From a virus (taxonomy: Duplodnaviria; Caudoviricetes), in the IMG/VR virus record IMGVR_UViG_3300023055_000005: DNA of 64,000 bases, one strand, 5' to 3'. The number at the start of each line of letters is the position of its first letter. The first letter of the stretch is position 1. The notes beneath the pieces were generated by a model. The model was not told the DNA's origin, ran no database searches, and saw only the letters and a program-made list of their open reading frames with translations. The position numbers and the translations under genes are program-made. Positions 9,711 through 18,543 of this stretch are shown here, one piece after another.

Positions 9711-10171
9711 TATCTCTTTTTCTTTGTCCCGATTACGATATCGGTTTCGAAGGGTAACGGATCAAGGTAGTGATACATCAAAGGACGGATCATGTCCTCG
9801 TAGTTCAAGTGCCCATTACCGCAACCCAAGGGGACCATGGCCATGTCACTGATCCCCATCTGTTCATGCTTGTCTCTCAAGCGGATCAAGTTAGCCTCGA
9901 TCCAGTCGTAGCGTGACGGGCTACCCCACCATTGCTTGGTGGGAAAGAGCAAGACTTGTCGACCTTCCCCGAAGGGATACAGATACATCTTGTCAATGGA
10001 CAAGGCCTTAGCCTTGAACAACTTCATGTAGAACTCGTAGAGACCTGGGATAGACTCACGCAGACTCAGCGCAACTCCAGCCCCCATAGCACCTGTGGTA
10101 TTGATGGTACACACGAGCGTTTGACGCGGGGACGCCGAAACGTCCCCTACCAGTTCCTGTACGATCGGCAT
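9710..10171 (-). CDS. DarG/TARG1-like macrodomain (ADP-ribosyl hydrolase)
   Basis: VCTINTTGAMGAGVA, LLFPTKQWWGSPSRYDWIE, AMVPLGCGNGHL match the DarG-class macrodomain pattern, including the FPTK Lys. Confidence 0.88.
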   Translation of the reverse strand: MPIVQELVGDVSASPRQTLVCTINTTGAMGAGVALSLRESIPGLYEFYMKLFKAKALSIDKMYLYPFGEGRQVLLFPTKQWWGSPSRYDWIEANLIRLRDKHEQMGISDMAMVPLGCGNGHLNYEDMIRPLMYHYLDPLPFETDIVIGTKKKR

Positions 10172-10701
10172 TATCGACCACTCTTCCCGTCGGTGGCTTC
10201 ACGTGCTGCAGCTTCGGCAGCAGCCTGCAGCTTAGCTTGTCGCTCCAACCAATCCGCGTTGCTCTTGAACATGATCTCCGTTTCCCGCCGACTGAGTAAG
10301 ACGAACTCGCTCCACGACACCCCATACCGGTCCTTGATCCCGTTGATCATGTACCGATACATCTTGTGCTCAAGCGGGCCGTAAGACCCGTATTGCTCTT
10401 TGGGGTGCATGGCAACAGCAGCCATGGGGCGAAGATCTACATCCCCCGTCTCTTCAGTGTAGCGAGAGTCGTGGTAGAAGATCCCGTAGTAGTCGTCGTA
10501 CTCCTCCATGCACATCAACTGCACTGACATGGAGTCAACTTCCGAACTGACCGTAGCCAGCAGGTTGTTGTGCGGACCTAGATCGTTGACCTTATCCAAC
10601 CCGAAACGATCAAAGACTACATGACCGTTCGGGTCTTCTTGTTCAAGGTCTACATCACAGAGGCGGAAATCGCCTTCGCTGTGCGCTGGCCGAGGAGCGT
10701 G
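10171..10701 (-). CDS. Tail/baseplate assembly chaperone C-terminal extension (phiKZ gp76-like; T4 gp51-like), probably reached by -1 frameshift
   Basis: The frame is open upstream of the track's TTG start (10599) through the slippery run at 10701-10707, with no ATG in that stretch. The C-terminal YGVSWSEFVLLSRRETEIMF resembles gp51/GT-type chaperone ends. Confidence 0.65.
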   Translation of the reverse strand, partial: HAPRPAHSEGDFRLCDVDLEQEDPNGHVVFDRFGLDKVNDLGPHNNLLATVSSEVDSMSVQLMCMEEYDDYYGIFYHDSRYTEETGDVDLRPMAAVAMHPKEQYGSYGPLEHKMYRYMINGIKDRYGVSWSEFVLLSRRETEIMFKSNADWLERQAKLQAAAEAAAREATDGKSGR

Positions 10702-12356
10702 AAAAAAAGTCGTGTCACGTCGAGCGGCAGCAGGCGCGGATGCTTGGAGCCTTCCACGGTCTGCGGGGCGGAACAGACACGGCAGTTGTAGCGCGGGATC
10801 GCCACCATTGCCACGGTCACCGAGTCGATGAACTTCTGCACGCCTTCGGTGAAGCGCTCCACCACGTCCTGGCGGCTGGAGATTTCGCCGAGCAGTTCGA
10901 CGAACGATTCACGCACGTCATCCTGGTCATCTTCTTCCGGGTTGAAGGTGAGCACACCTGCAACTTCTTCTTCCTTGTTCTTGAAGATGATGCGCTTGAC
11001 CCAGTGGCTGTACTGACGAGCGGTGGCCATGCGGGACTGCGCCATGATGTACTGGTCGCGTTCCTGCCCTTCCAGGGCGGTGCCGAAGGCCGCGTCCACG
11101 CGCTCTTCGATGGAGTTGATCCATTCGAAGGAGGACTTCTCGTACAGCTCCACCGTGGGGACGGCGAACTCGACGTAGATGTCATCGCTGATGGCGCACA
11201 GCGCGGTTTCGGCGTAGGAGTGGCTGTTGACGTACTCGGTCAGCTCTGCGTCGTTGCTCTTCTGCGTACGACGGGCCATCAGCTTGCGCTGGCTCTGGCT
11301 CAGTGCACGACGGTCCACGAAGAGCAGGCGCGAGAGGTTCAGCACTTCTTCTTCGATGTGCTGGCACTGGCCGGTGTGGTTGGTGCACGGACGGGCCAGC
11401 GGGTAGCCGTTGGGGTTGTTGATCAGACCCAGCTGCAGCATGAGCAGCGGGATATCGGTGATCAGCATCTTCTGCTTGATCGATGCCGGGGAGATGTCCT
11501 TCAGCGTGCTGTCGTACATCTTGCTGATGGCGAAGTTCGTCACCGTCAGCTGATGGTAGACGTTGTTGGCCGAGAAGGCCAAGCCGCCGGAGACACGACC
11601 CAGGGAGATCTTGCTGTTGCCCAGCTGCTGTTCCAGTTCCAGCATCTCGCCTTCACCCGGCGCCTGCAGCGACACCCAGAAGCCGGAGTGCCACATCGGT
11701 GCCTGTGCCAGCGAACCCACGCCCAGACGCGCCTTCAGGCGGCTCTTGGCTTCTTCGCCGGAGACACGGCCGTTGGTGGTGGAGTTGCCGCCGGTGGCGA
11801 TCGGACGGCCGATGGCCAGCTCTTCGCCGTTGTGGTCAACAGTCTGCTGCCAGTCCGAGCCTTCGCGACTCAGGGCACGGCTGCCGTACTGACCGGTGGG
11901 CATCAGGCGCGAACCACGAGCAGCACCTTCCAGCCAGCGGATGATTTCCGGCGTCGGGGTGAGGTTGAGGTTGCCCATGCTTTCACCGACCGGAGCGAAC
12001 TCCTCGGCGGTCTGGTTCAGGGACCACAGGTGGAAGCCCTTCTCCATGTCCTGCGCTTCGGCTTCGGTGGCCAGCGGACGGGTGACCGGACGGGTGAGGG
12101 TCACGGTCTTGCTCGGCGGCACGGCTTCCGAGCGCTTGGGCTGAACGCGACGCGCGGCGTCGGCGGCGAGCACACGTTCCTGCTTGCCGATCGGGGTCTC
12201 GACATTGGTCGCCGGGTCTTCGACGGAAGGCGGGTCAGCCGGGGTACGATCATGGTTCACGAACGTGCGCGGGTCGTCAACCGGGATCGCTGCCGCCTCG
12301 ACGGGCGTTTCCACGGGTGGCTGGTCGTCGATGTTCTCGTTGGGATCCTGCGTCAC
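10650..12356 (-). CDS. Putative tail/baseplate hub assembly chaperone (phiKZ gp77-like; T4 gp26-like C-terminus)
   Basis: 568 aa; C-terminal YNCRVC followed by LDVTRLFF, as in gp26-type chaperones; core-block position. Confidence 0.65.
   Translation of the reverse strand: MTQDPNENIDDQPPVETPVEAAAIPVDDPRTFVNHDRTPADPPSVEDPATNVETPIGKQERVLAADAARRVQPKRSEAVPPSKTVTLTRPVTRPLATEAEAQDMEKGFHLWSLNQTAEEFAPVGESMGNLNLTPTPEIIRWLEGAARGSRLMPTGQYGSRALSREGSDWQQTVDHNGEELAIGRPIATGGNSTTNGRVSGEEAKSRLKARLGVGSLAQAPMWHSGFWVSLQAPGEGEMLELEQQLGNSKISLGRVSGGLAFSANNVYHQLTVTNFAISKMYDSTLKDISPASIKQKMLITDIPLLMLQLGLINNPNGYPLARPCTNHTGQCQHIEEEVLNLSRLLFVDRRALSQSQRKLMARRTQKSNDAELTEYVNSHSYAETALCAISDDIYVEFAVPTVELYEKSSFEWINSIEERVDAAFGTALEGQERDQYIMAQSRMATARQYSHWVKRIIFKNKEEEVAGVLTFNPEEDDQDDVRESFVELLGEISSRQDVVERFTEGVQKFIDSVTVAMVAIPRYNCRVCSAPQTVEGSKHPRLLPLDVTRLFFTLLGQRTAKAISASVM
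10701..10707 (-). other. Predicted -1 ribosomal frameshift slippery heptamer T TTT TTC
   Basis: Minus strand CTT TTT TTC (L-F-F) in the 568-aa frame; a -1 shift enters the open frame of the downstream ORF. Confidence 0.7.
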
Positions 12357-12892
12357 TGCTCGTTCTCCTGTTGCGGGGTTTCGGCTGCTTCGGTGGCCGC
12401 TGCACTGGCCTTCAGCTCGTCACGGGTTTCCTGGTCGTAGTAGCCCAGCGTGTGCACGATGTTGGGCATCACGATGCGCGTGTGGCGACCTTGCCAGTCG
12501 GCGTACTTCTCGCCGATGTCGATGACCTGGATGGTTTCGTCACCGGTCATGCGCGGACGGCTGGTGGCACGCACGCGCTTGGTGACGGTGTTGCTGAACT
12601 CCACGTGTTCCTTGCGGATCGAGTCCAGCTCGTTGCGGAAGGTGCGGCTGTCCTGGCTGACGACCTGAGCCACCTTGACCAGAGCGGGGCGATCTTCGAC
12701 CGGCACCTGACGCAGGGCGTCCTTGTTGCGCAGGATCTGCGAGATCGGCAACACCTGTGCCAGCTGTTCTTCGCAGCCGGAGTAGACTTCATCCAGCTCG
12801 CGCAGGGACTGTGCAGTCACGTCACGATCACGGCCAGCCTTGTAGGGGCGACGGGCGCCAGTGTTCTTGCGGTTCTTGTTGCTTACGGGCAT
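12353..12892 (-). CDS. Conserved hypothetical protein (phiKZ gp78-like position)
   Basis: Start MPVSNKN at 12892 with GGAG Shine-Dalgarno; overlaps the next gene start. Confidence 0.75.
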   Translation of the reverse strand: MPVSNKNRKNTGARRPYKAGRDRDVTAQSLRELDEVYSGCEEQLAQVLPISQILRNKDALRQVPVEDRPALVKVAQVVSQDSRTFRNELDSIRKEHVEFSNTVTKRVRATSRPRMTGDETIQVIDIGEKYADWQGRHTRIVMPNIVHTLGYYDQETRDELKASAAATEAAETPQQENEQ

Positions 12893-12990
12893 GTCTTTAT
12901 CCACTCCGGGGATATGTATGTCAAAAACGAATTGCAGCCTTTTCATATAAAGGCTGGTGTGTGTACTATTTAACCGAAAAGGAGATTTGC

Positions 12991-13818
12991 ATGTCTGGTC
13001 TACTGACTGGCATTGCTCAGCTGGGTTGCTCCCCTGAGCGGGTGTTGTTGCTGGAACGCGTCCAAGACGTGCTGGCTGCTGTGGGCTTCACGGATATCGA
13101 AACTGAAGTGGAGAATGTCTACTTCAGCGGACAGGAAGTGGAGACGCATGTGTTGATCGAACTGATCGACAATCTCTTCCACGGTTACCTCGACAGTTCC
13201 ATCAAACAGCAGGGCGTGTTCACTCGCGACGACGCCAGCATGGAACAGAAGGTGATCCTGCTGGAAGACCTGCAACGCTTCGCCAACTTCGACAGCCCGC
13301 AGTTCTTCATCGAGCAGATGGACCTGGACGCCTCCGATACCGAGCGCCTGTGCGCTGGTCTGGATATCGTTGGCCAGTGGACTGCAGACCAGTATCTGGA
13401 GTTCATCGTCCACGTCAACAAGGGCTTGATCGATCGCATCCGTTCGTTCACCTCCGAAGTGGTCTCCACCGAGTCCGACGACAGTGCTGAGCTTGCTCGC
13501 GGTCGTCTGCGTATCCGTGGGTTCACCGAGACCTTCGGTAGCAACATGGTCGCAGAGCTGATCCGTGAGGGCTACAGCTGCGGTAACGACTACACCCTGT
13601 ACTTGCACCAGCTGCGCGAACTGCTGCCTCAGCTGAGCGATCAGGATCTTTCCAAGAACATGGTGGCAGTAATGCTGGCCAGCTCCTTGCCGAAGGAACT
13701 GGTGCTCTCCACCGCGCTGGAAGAAATCGAACATCTTGATCTGCCGCTGTTGCGCGTGAGTGCAATCAACGGTCTGGTCGCAAAGACCTACGGGGATTTC
13801 ATCAATGCTCAAGCGTGA
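12991..13818 (+). CDS. Conserved hypothetical protein (phiKZ gp79-like position)
   Basis: AAGGAG Shine-Dalgarno before ATG 12991; overlaps the vRNAP subunit start. Confidence 0.8.
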   Translation: MSGLLTGIAQLGCSPERVLLLERVQDVLAAVGFTDIETEVENVYFSGQEVETHVLIELIDNLFHGYLDSSIKQQGVFTRDDASMEQKVILLEDLQRFANFDSPQFFIEQMDLDASDTERLCAGLDIVGQWTADQYLEFIVHVNKGLIDRIRSFTSEVVSTESDDSAELARGRLRIRGFTETFGSNMVAELIREGYSCGNDYTLYLHQLRELLPQLSDQDLSKNMVAVMLASSLPKELVLSTALEEIEHLDLPLLRVSAINGLVAKTYGDFINAQA

Positions 13819-15139
13819 CTATTTCCTCCTCGCCATGAACAGCGGGGCATACCGCTGGAAGGCGTGGACGATCGAAGCGTTCGCTGTCACCAACCTTGCC
13901 GCCAAGGATCAGAACCGCAAGGCTGACCCGTGGACCGACCCGGAAGGTGCAAAGCAGCCTGGTGGCTATCCGTGTTCGCTGTTCTGCGAAGGCGATGTGG
14001 TGTGGTTCCATCATCCGGAAAGCGGCGAGCGCATTGTCATCGAAGACATCAAGCCGATGACCCAGCCGTTCAACTTCATGGACGAACTGGAGATCACCCC
14101 GGATGAAGTACCGAACCTGGACAAGGCAACCGTCACCACCTACGGCAACCTGCTGTTCAACTTCAACGTGTTCGTCTACGCATTCGGCGATGTGATGCCT
14201 TACATCAACGGGCCGGTCAAGGTTCGTAAGCTGGAGGCAGAACTGGAACGCCGGATGTACGATGACGGTGAGACTCCGCCTGAAGGTGGTGTCACCATCG
14301 CGCAGTATAAGAAGTTCGCTGAAGCCATGCTCTCGCTGGCTGGCCTGACGCAGCTGTGCGTACCGGCAGCTACTCCCAAGACGCTCGTGGTCAACCCGGC
14401 CATTATCAAGCGTCGTGACGAACTGCTGGCAGAGAACAAGGATCGTCTCCATGACCCGGCGGTGATTGCCGACATCGAGAACGAGCTGATCGCCATGGAT
14501 CGTGCGGACTTGGCTGGCGATGAGAGCATGGGCTTCTTCATCGACAACAAGTCCTTCGACATCGTCCGTAAGAAGACGCTGATCATGCACGGTGCCGAGT
14601 CTGCGTTCCAGGACGGCAACCATGTCCAGCTGATCCCGACCTCTCTGGATGAAGGCCTCGATCCGGACTACATGACCGAGTACGCCAACTCGCTGCGTGA
14701 GGGTTCCTACGCCCGTGGCACGTTGACGGCACTGGGTGGTTCGAAGGTGAAGGAAACCTATCGAGTCTCACAGAACGTGAGCGTCCAGCCGGAAGACTGC
14801 GGCGTGAAGTTCGGCATCCCCACCCTGATTCCGAAGGGGAAGGAAAAGTTCTACATCGGCAACTACTACTTCGAGAATGGCAAACAAGGCCAGGTCACCG
14901 AAGAGAACGTGTCCGATCTGCAGACCCGTGCGATCGAAGTAAGGTCGCCCATCTATTGCCATGCGGAAGGCTCGAACTACTGCCGCTTCTGCGTAGGCGA
15001 TGCGCTGGCCTCGGCTCCCGAAGCAATCCCCACCCTGCTGGCTGACGTCGGCTCGGACATGATGGGTCGCTTCATGGCACTGATGCACGGCAAGAAACTC
15101 TCCACGGCCAAGTACGATTTCAAAACGGCCATTTCGTAG
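13805..15139 (+). CDS. Virion RNA polymerase beta' C-terminal subunit (phiKZ gp80-like)
   Basis: Bridge-helix-like NSLREGSYARGTLTALGGSKVK, EDCG, Zn-site RSPIYC...NYCRFCVG, C-terminal FMALMHG. Confidence 0.88.
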   Translation: MLKRDYFLLAMNSGAYRWKAWTIEAFAVTNLAAKDQNRKADPWTDPEGAKQPGGYPCSLFCEGDVVWFHHPESGERIVIEDIKPMTQPFNFMDELEITPDEVPNLDKATVTTYGNLLFNFNVFVYAFGDVMPYINGPVKVRKLEAELERRMYDDGETPPEGGVTIAQYKKFAEAMLSLAGLTQLCVPAATPKTLVVNPAIIKRRDELLAENKDRLHDPAVIADIENELIAMDRADLAGDESMGFFIDNKSFDIVRKKTLIMHGAESAFQDGNHVQLIPTSLDEGLDPDYMTEYANSLREGSYARGTLTALGGSKVKETYRVSQNVSVQPEDCGVKFGIPTLIPKGKEKFYIGNYYFENGKQGQVTEENVSDLQTRAIEVRSPIYCHAEGSNYCRFCVGDALASAPEAIPTLLADVGSDMMGRFMALMHGKKLSTAKYDFKTAIS

Positions 15140-15196
15140 CATGGTATGCAGAATGCCAATGCTGCCCAACAACTTCATTGACCCAGAGGTATAAAC

Positions 15197-16072
15197 ATGT
15201 CGTATCAGCAGAAGAAGCTCAAGGACTGGACCGATGCCGATTTCAAGGCCTGGTCGCAGGCCGGCGCCGAGAATGTCAACGGCACCAAGAACACCGTCAT
15301 CTTCAACCGTGCCCGCGGCCGCTTCGAAGGCGCAGCTGATCTGGATGATGCCGCACTGATCGGCCTGCTGAGCCAGCTGGAAATCGAAGGCGAGGCTCCG
15401 GTTGCCGAAGTCGCCTCGGCCAGCGAAGAAGACGCCGGCCCGTCCGAAACCGTCGAAGGCGTCGTGCTCGACGAAGCTCCGACTGCCGAAGAAACCGAAG
15501 CTGCCGAGCGTGTCGACAGCGTCGTGGAAACCCCGGTCAACACCCGCGCTGAACTGGACGCCGTGCCCGACGACATCGCCGGCCCGAACACCCCGACCCC
15601 GCGCGTTGCCACGGTGAAGGAAAACGTGTTCACCCCGATGGGCAAGCTGACCACCGACGTGCTGGTGCGCAGCGAGCTGGAGACCTACCTGAAGGAAATG
15701 GCTCCGGGCAAGGCCGTCAGCGCTGACCGCGTGGTCGAACTGCAGCTGCGCCTGTGGCGCGTCATCAAGCGCGTGCTGAGCTCCAACGGTAGCGACTTCA
15801 GCGCCAGCTTCGGCTACATGCTGCAGGTCTTCGCCGAGAACGACACCAAGCACTTCCACGTCGACCGCATCATGCGTGGCTTCAACCGCATCGGCGCCCG
15901 CCTGCCGGCCCGCGAGTTCAACGCGTTCCGCAACATGCTGGACACGATGAAGCTGCTGGGCAATCCGGCCACCCGCAAGATCACCCTGACGCAGACCGAT
16001 CTGCCGTACGCTCTGCGCCATCTGGGCGATGAAGAGCAGGGCAAGGTCCGCGCGTACTTCGAAGGCCTGTAA
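15197..16072 (+). CDS. Conserved protein, strongly biased codon usage (phiKZ gp81-like position)
   Basis: GAGG Shine-Dalgarno; acidic Ala/Glu linker at about aa 60-130; follows vRNAP beta'. Confidence 0.8.
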   Translation: MSYQQKKLKDWTDADFKAWSQAGAENVNGTKNTVIFNRARGRFEGAADLDDAALIGLLSQLEIEGEAPVAEVASASEEDAGPSETVEGVVLDEAPTAEETEAAERVDSVVETPVNTRAELDAVPDDIAGPNTPTPRVATVKENVFTPMGKLTTDVLVRSELETYLKEMAPGKAVSADRVVELQLRLWRVIKRVLSSNGSDFSASFGYMLQVFAENDTKHFHVDRIMRGFNRIGARLPAREFNAFRNMLDTMKLLGNPATRKITLTQTDLPYALRHLGDEEQGKVRAYFEGL

Positions 16073-16081
16073 CGGGCCATG

Positions 16082-16125
16082 TAGCCTGCCTAGGAGGACT
16101 TCGGTTCTCCTAGGCAGCTATGCCC
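16082..16125 (+). terminator. Hairpin terminator
   Basis: CTGCCTAGGAGGAC-TTCG-GTTCTCCTAGGCAG followed by CTATGCCC. Confidence 0.75.
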
Positions 16126-16136
16126 TTTATGCCGTC

Positions 16137-16169
16137 AAAATAATTTCAACCATACAACACCTACGTGAG
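16137..16169 (+). promoter_or_regulatory. Phage promoter motif, variant class
   Basis: AAAATAATTTCAACCATACAACACCTACGTGAG aligns with the motif copies at 16462, 35800 and 58413. Confidence 0.55.
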
Positions 16170-16270
16170 GTCTCAACAAAACGCAGGCCTTACTAAGCGG
16201 CATAAAGCCCAGGGCGCGGGAACGCCCTGGGCCGTACTGCCTTACTTCTACTTCAATGCGGAGAAAGCGC

Positions 16271-16399
16271 ATGTCAAACAAACGTCCTCGACCCCCAAAG
16301 ATTGAGTACGTCAAACCAACTAAACATCCACTGGGCCAAAAGCCCGGTAGGATCTTGAAGCAGCTCTTTCGAGCGAATGGAGGTGAGGTAGCAGCCTAA
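16271..16399 (+). CDS. Small basic protein (42 aa), not in ORF track
   Basis: GGAGA Shine-Dalgarno; MSNKRPRPPKIEYVKPTKHPLGQKPGRILKQLFRANGGEVAA. Confidence 0.5.
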   Translation: MSNKRPRPPKIEYVKPTKHPLGQKPGRILKQLFRANGGEVAA

Positions 16400-16461
16400 C
16401 CGCCATTCATAGTATCGGCTAGGGGGTAAGAAATTACCTCCTAGACTACCCCTTAAAAGTC

Positions 16462-16500
16462 GATTCCAATAACTTTCACCTCTATATAACTCAGGTGAAG
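16462..16500 (+). promoter_or_regulatory. Phage early-type promoter
   Basis: GATTCCAATAACTTTCACCTCTATATAACTCAGGTGAAG; the core TATAT(A/C)AC resembles the phiKZ early consensus TATATTAC. Confidence 0.75.
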
Positions 16501-16554
16501 AGCCACATCAATCAAAGTAATTCCCTTCCGTTAGACTCACCAAGGAGTAACATC

Positions 16555-16734
16555 ATGGACATCAGTGATAACGCAGTGAAGCTGATCGTAGCAGGTGCTG
16601 TCGTAACTGCTGCTGGTTTGGGTTATGTGACCTACAAGAAGGGTCGCAAAGATGGCGTCCGTCTGGGCGCTGCCATCCAGCTCGGGCTGTACGACGACAA
16701 GCTGCGCAAGAACAAATCCCCCAAGGCCAAGTAA
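16555..16734 (+). CDS. Small single-pass membrane protein with basic tail
   Basis: AAGGAG Shine-Dalgarno; LIVAGAVVTAAGLGYVTY then KKGRK...KLRKNKSPKAK. Confidence 0.75.
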   Translation: MDISDNAVKLIVAGAVVTAAGLGYVTYKKGRKDGVRLGAAIQLGLYDDKLRKNKSPKAK

Positions 16735-16744
16735 GGACACTATC

Positions 16745-16948
16745 ATGATCATCGCAAAAGAAGACGCAATCGTTGCTGGCATCTCTCTGGCTGTTGGCGT
16801 CGCTGCAGTTGGCGCTGCCATGTACTTCGAAGGCAAGGCCCGTGGCCTGCGCTCCACCGGCGCTATCCAAGCAATGGCTGCTGGCGTTCGTGCCACGGCG
16901 GAGGCTGAAGCTGCCGCCAAGAAGCCGGCCAAGAAGACCCGTCGCTAA
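16745..16948 (+). CDS. Small single-pass membrane protein with Lys/Ala tail
   Basis: AAGGA Shine-Dalgarno; IVAGISLAVGVAAVGAAMYF then AAAKKPAKKTRR. Confidence 0.75.
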   Translation: MIIAKEDAIVAGISLAVGVAAVGAAMYFEGKARGLRSTGAIQAMAAGVRATAEAEAAAKKPAKKTRR

Positions 16949-17017
16949 ACGCACCAAGCTGTAAACTGCAATACGAACACCCAACCCCTTCCGCAGTACC
17001 CCTAAAGGAGCATCACC

Positions 17018-17245
17018 ATGAACTTCAAGCACACCGCTATCTTCGCCCTGCTGGTTTCCTTCTTCGGAATCATCGGCTATGGCATCGCTGACAAGGCACT
17101 GGCCTATGAGGTCTCTGTCTGCGGCACCGGCATCACCCTCGCATCCCAGCTGATGCGCGACAACACTCCCCACTGCAGCGTGACCTCGATCGGTTTCTTC
17201 AGTGGCCACCAGTCTTCCCGGATCGTTTTCCAGGAGCAGCAGTAA
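17018..17245 (+). CDS. Small exported/membrane protein
   Basis: AAGGAG Shine-Dalgarno; signal-peptide-like N-terminus ending ALA; two Cys. Confidence 0.7.
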   Translation: MNFKHTAIFALLVSFFGIIGYGIADKALAYEVSVCGTGITLASQLMRDNTPHCSVTSIGFFSGHQSSRIVFQEQQ

Positions 17246-17586
17246 TGACCGGTATCAAAGGAACCTACAAAGACGACAAGGGCGTCGTCCGTGATATCCG
17301 CCAGATGCCCAACGTGGCTGAGGAAGTAATCAAGATGGAAGCTGAGGCCGCTGAGATCGACGAGGCTGAAACTTTCCTCGAAGACCTGGTCAACGTCAAG
17401 AAAGAAGACGTGCTCCTCACGATCGACGTACCCGAAGCCAGCGGTTGGTTCCGTAAGAAGCTGTTCTTGTCCGATGCCTTCATGACCGAACTTGAACGCC
17501 AGCTCTACGGGGAAGGACGTGACCGCATTCGTGCTCGCCGCCGCCGTGCTCGTCAAGCTTCCAATCGCCGCCGCCGCAAGAAGTAA
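17245..17586 (+). CDS. Hypothetical protein with acidic body and Arg-rich C-terminal motif
   Basis: Translationally coupled (TAATG); ends RIRARRRRARQASNRRRRKK. Confidence 0.8.
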   Translation: MTGIKGTYKDDKGVVRDIRQMPNVAEEVIKMEAEAAEIDEAETFLEDLVNVKKEDVLLTIDVPEASGWFRKKLFLSDAFMTELERQLYGEGRDRIRARRRRARQASNRRRRKK

Positions 17587-17680
17587 CCCGCCAGTACTGG
17601 GAGTCTCCGTAAGGAGGCTCTCGGTGCTATGTCCACCCAAAGGCTTTTCTTTTAGCCAGGAGCAATGAGGAACTACAGCC

Positions 17681-18082
17681 ATGATCGACACGGCTACGCT
17701 TAACCAAGTGCACATGGAACAAGTCGCCCAGTGCGGCAAGAAGTTCCACCATGCAGCAGAAGTTATCGGCTGTGACGTCATGCGTCGTATCGCTTCCCTG
17801 CTCCTCGACCGGGACAAGCTGTACAACTACTACCGCCGCCCCGGTTACACTGCCAGCCTGAATCAGCCCAAGCCGGAGATCGAAATCAAACTCCCGCTCT
17901 TCCTGGGCTATGACCTGCTGAACTCCATCGACAACTCGATCCAGCTTACGCTCCAGAGCGAACTGGAACGAGCCCTAGACGAAGTCGCCGAAACCGTCCG
18001 CCTGCAAATTGGCAAGCGTACCTACAGCGGCGAAGATCGTTCCGACAAACTCACCATCGTCCTCAAGGGCGAACTGATCTAA
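17681..18082 (+). CDS. Hypothetical protein
   Basis: GAGG Shine-Dalgarno; coding-like codon usage. Confidence 0.75.
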   Translation: MIDTATLNQVHMEQVAQCGKKFHHAAEVIGCDVMRRIASLLLDRDKLYNYYRRPGYTASLNQPKPEIEIKLPLFLGYDLLNSIDNSIQLTLQSELERALDEVAETVRLQIGKRTYSGEDRSDKLTIVLKGELI

Positions 18083-18110
18083 TTCCCTCAACTACCAAAG
18101 GTATACGAAA

Positions 18111-18479
18111 ATGATCCAAGTCAACACCAACAAGCTGCGCGGCGAACTGACCGAAAACCAGCAGGTGATCGTCAAGACCGCCATCGCCGCCATCGCCACT
18201 GCTCTCACCGACGGTGAGCTGGTTCTCTCCAGCTCGGAAACCATCAAGGACATGCTCATCATCAAGCTGCCGTTGGCCGAGGCCTTCAGCCGCGAACTGC
18301 ACCAGTCCATCGACTTCGCCACCAAGTACGAGATCCAGCGTCGTCTGGCGGCGGAGATTGTCGAAGCCCGCAACGTGATCTTCAACATCGATATCGGCGA
18401 TCGCTACGAGTCCGATGAGCAGTACGAGAAGAAGTGCCTGGACACCCTGAACTTCACCATCCCGGCGCCCACGGTCTAA
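18111..18479 (+). CDS. Hypothetical protein
   Basis: AAGG Shine-Dalgarno; possible paralog of the upstream ORF (IKLPL...SID). Confidence 0.75.
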   Translation: MIQVNTNKLRGELTENQQVIVKTAIAAIATALTDGELVLSSSETIKDMLIIKLPLAEAFSRELHQSIDFATKYEIQRRLAAEIVEARNVIFNIDIGDRYESDEQYEKKCLDTLNFTIPAPTV

Positions 18480-18543
18480 TCGACCTGGGCTCCACCCTTT
18501 CCCCCGCAACAAACCTTCCGTTTACTAGCAAAGGAGTTTCACC

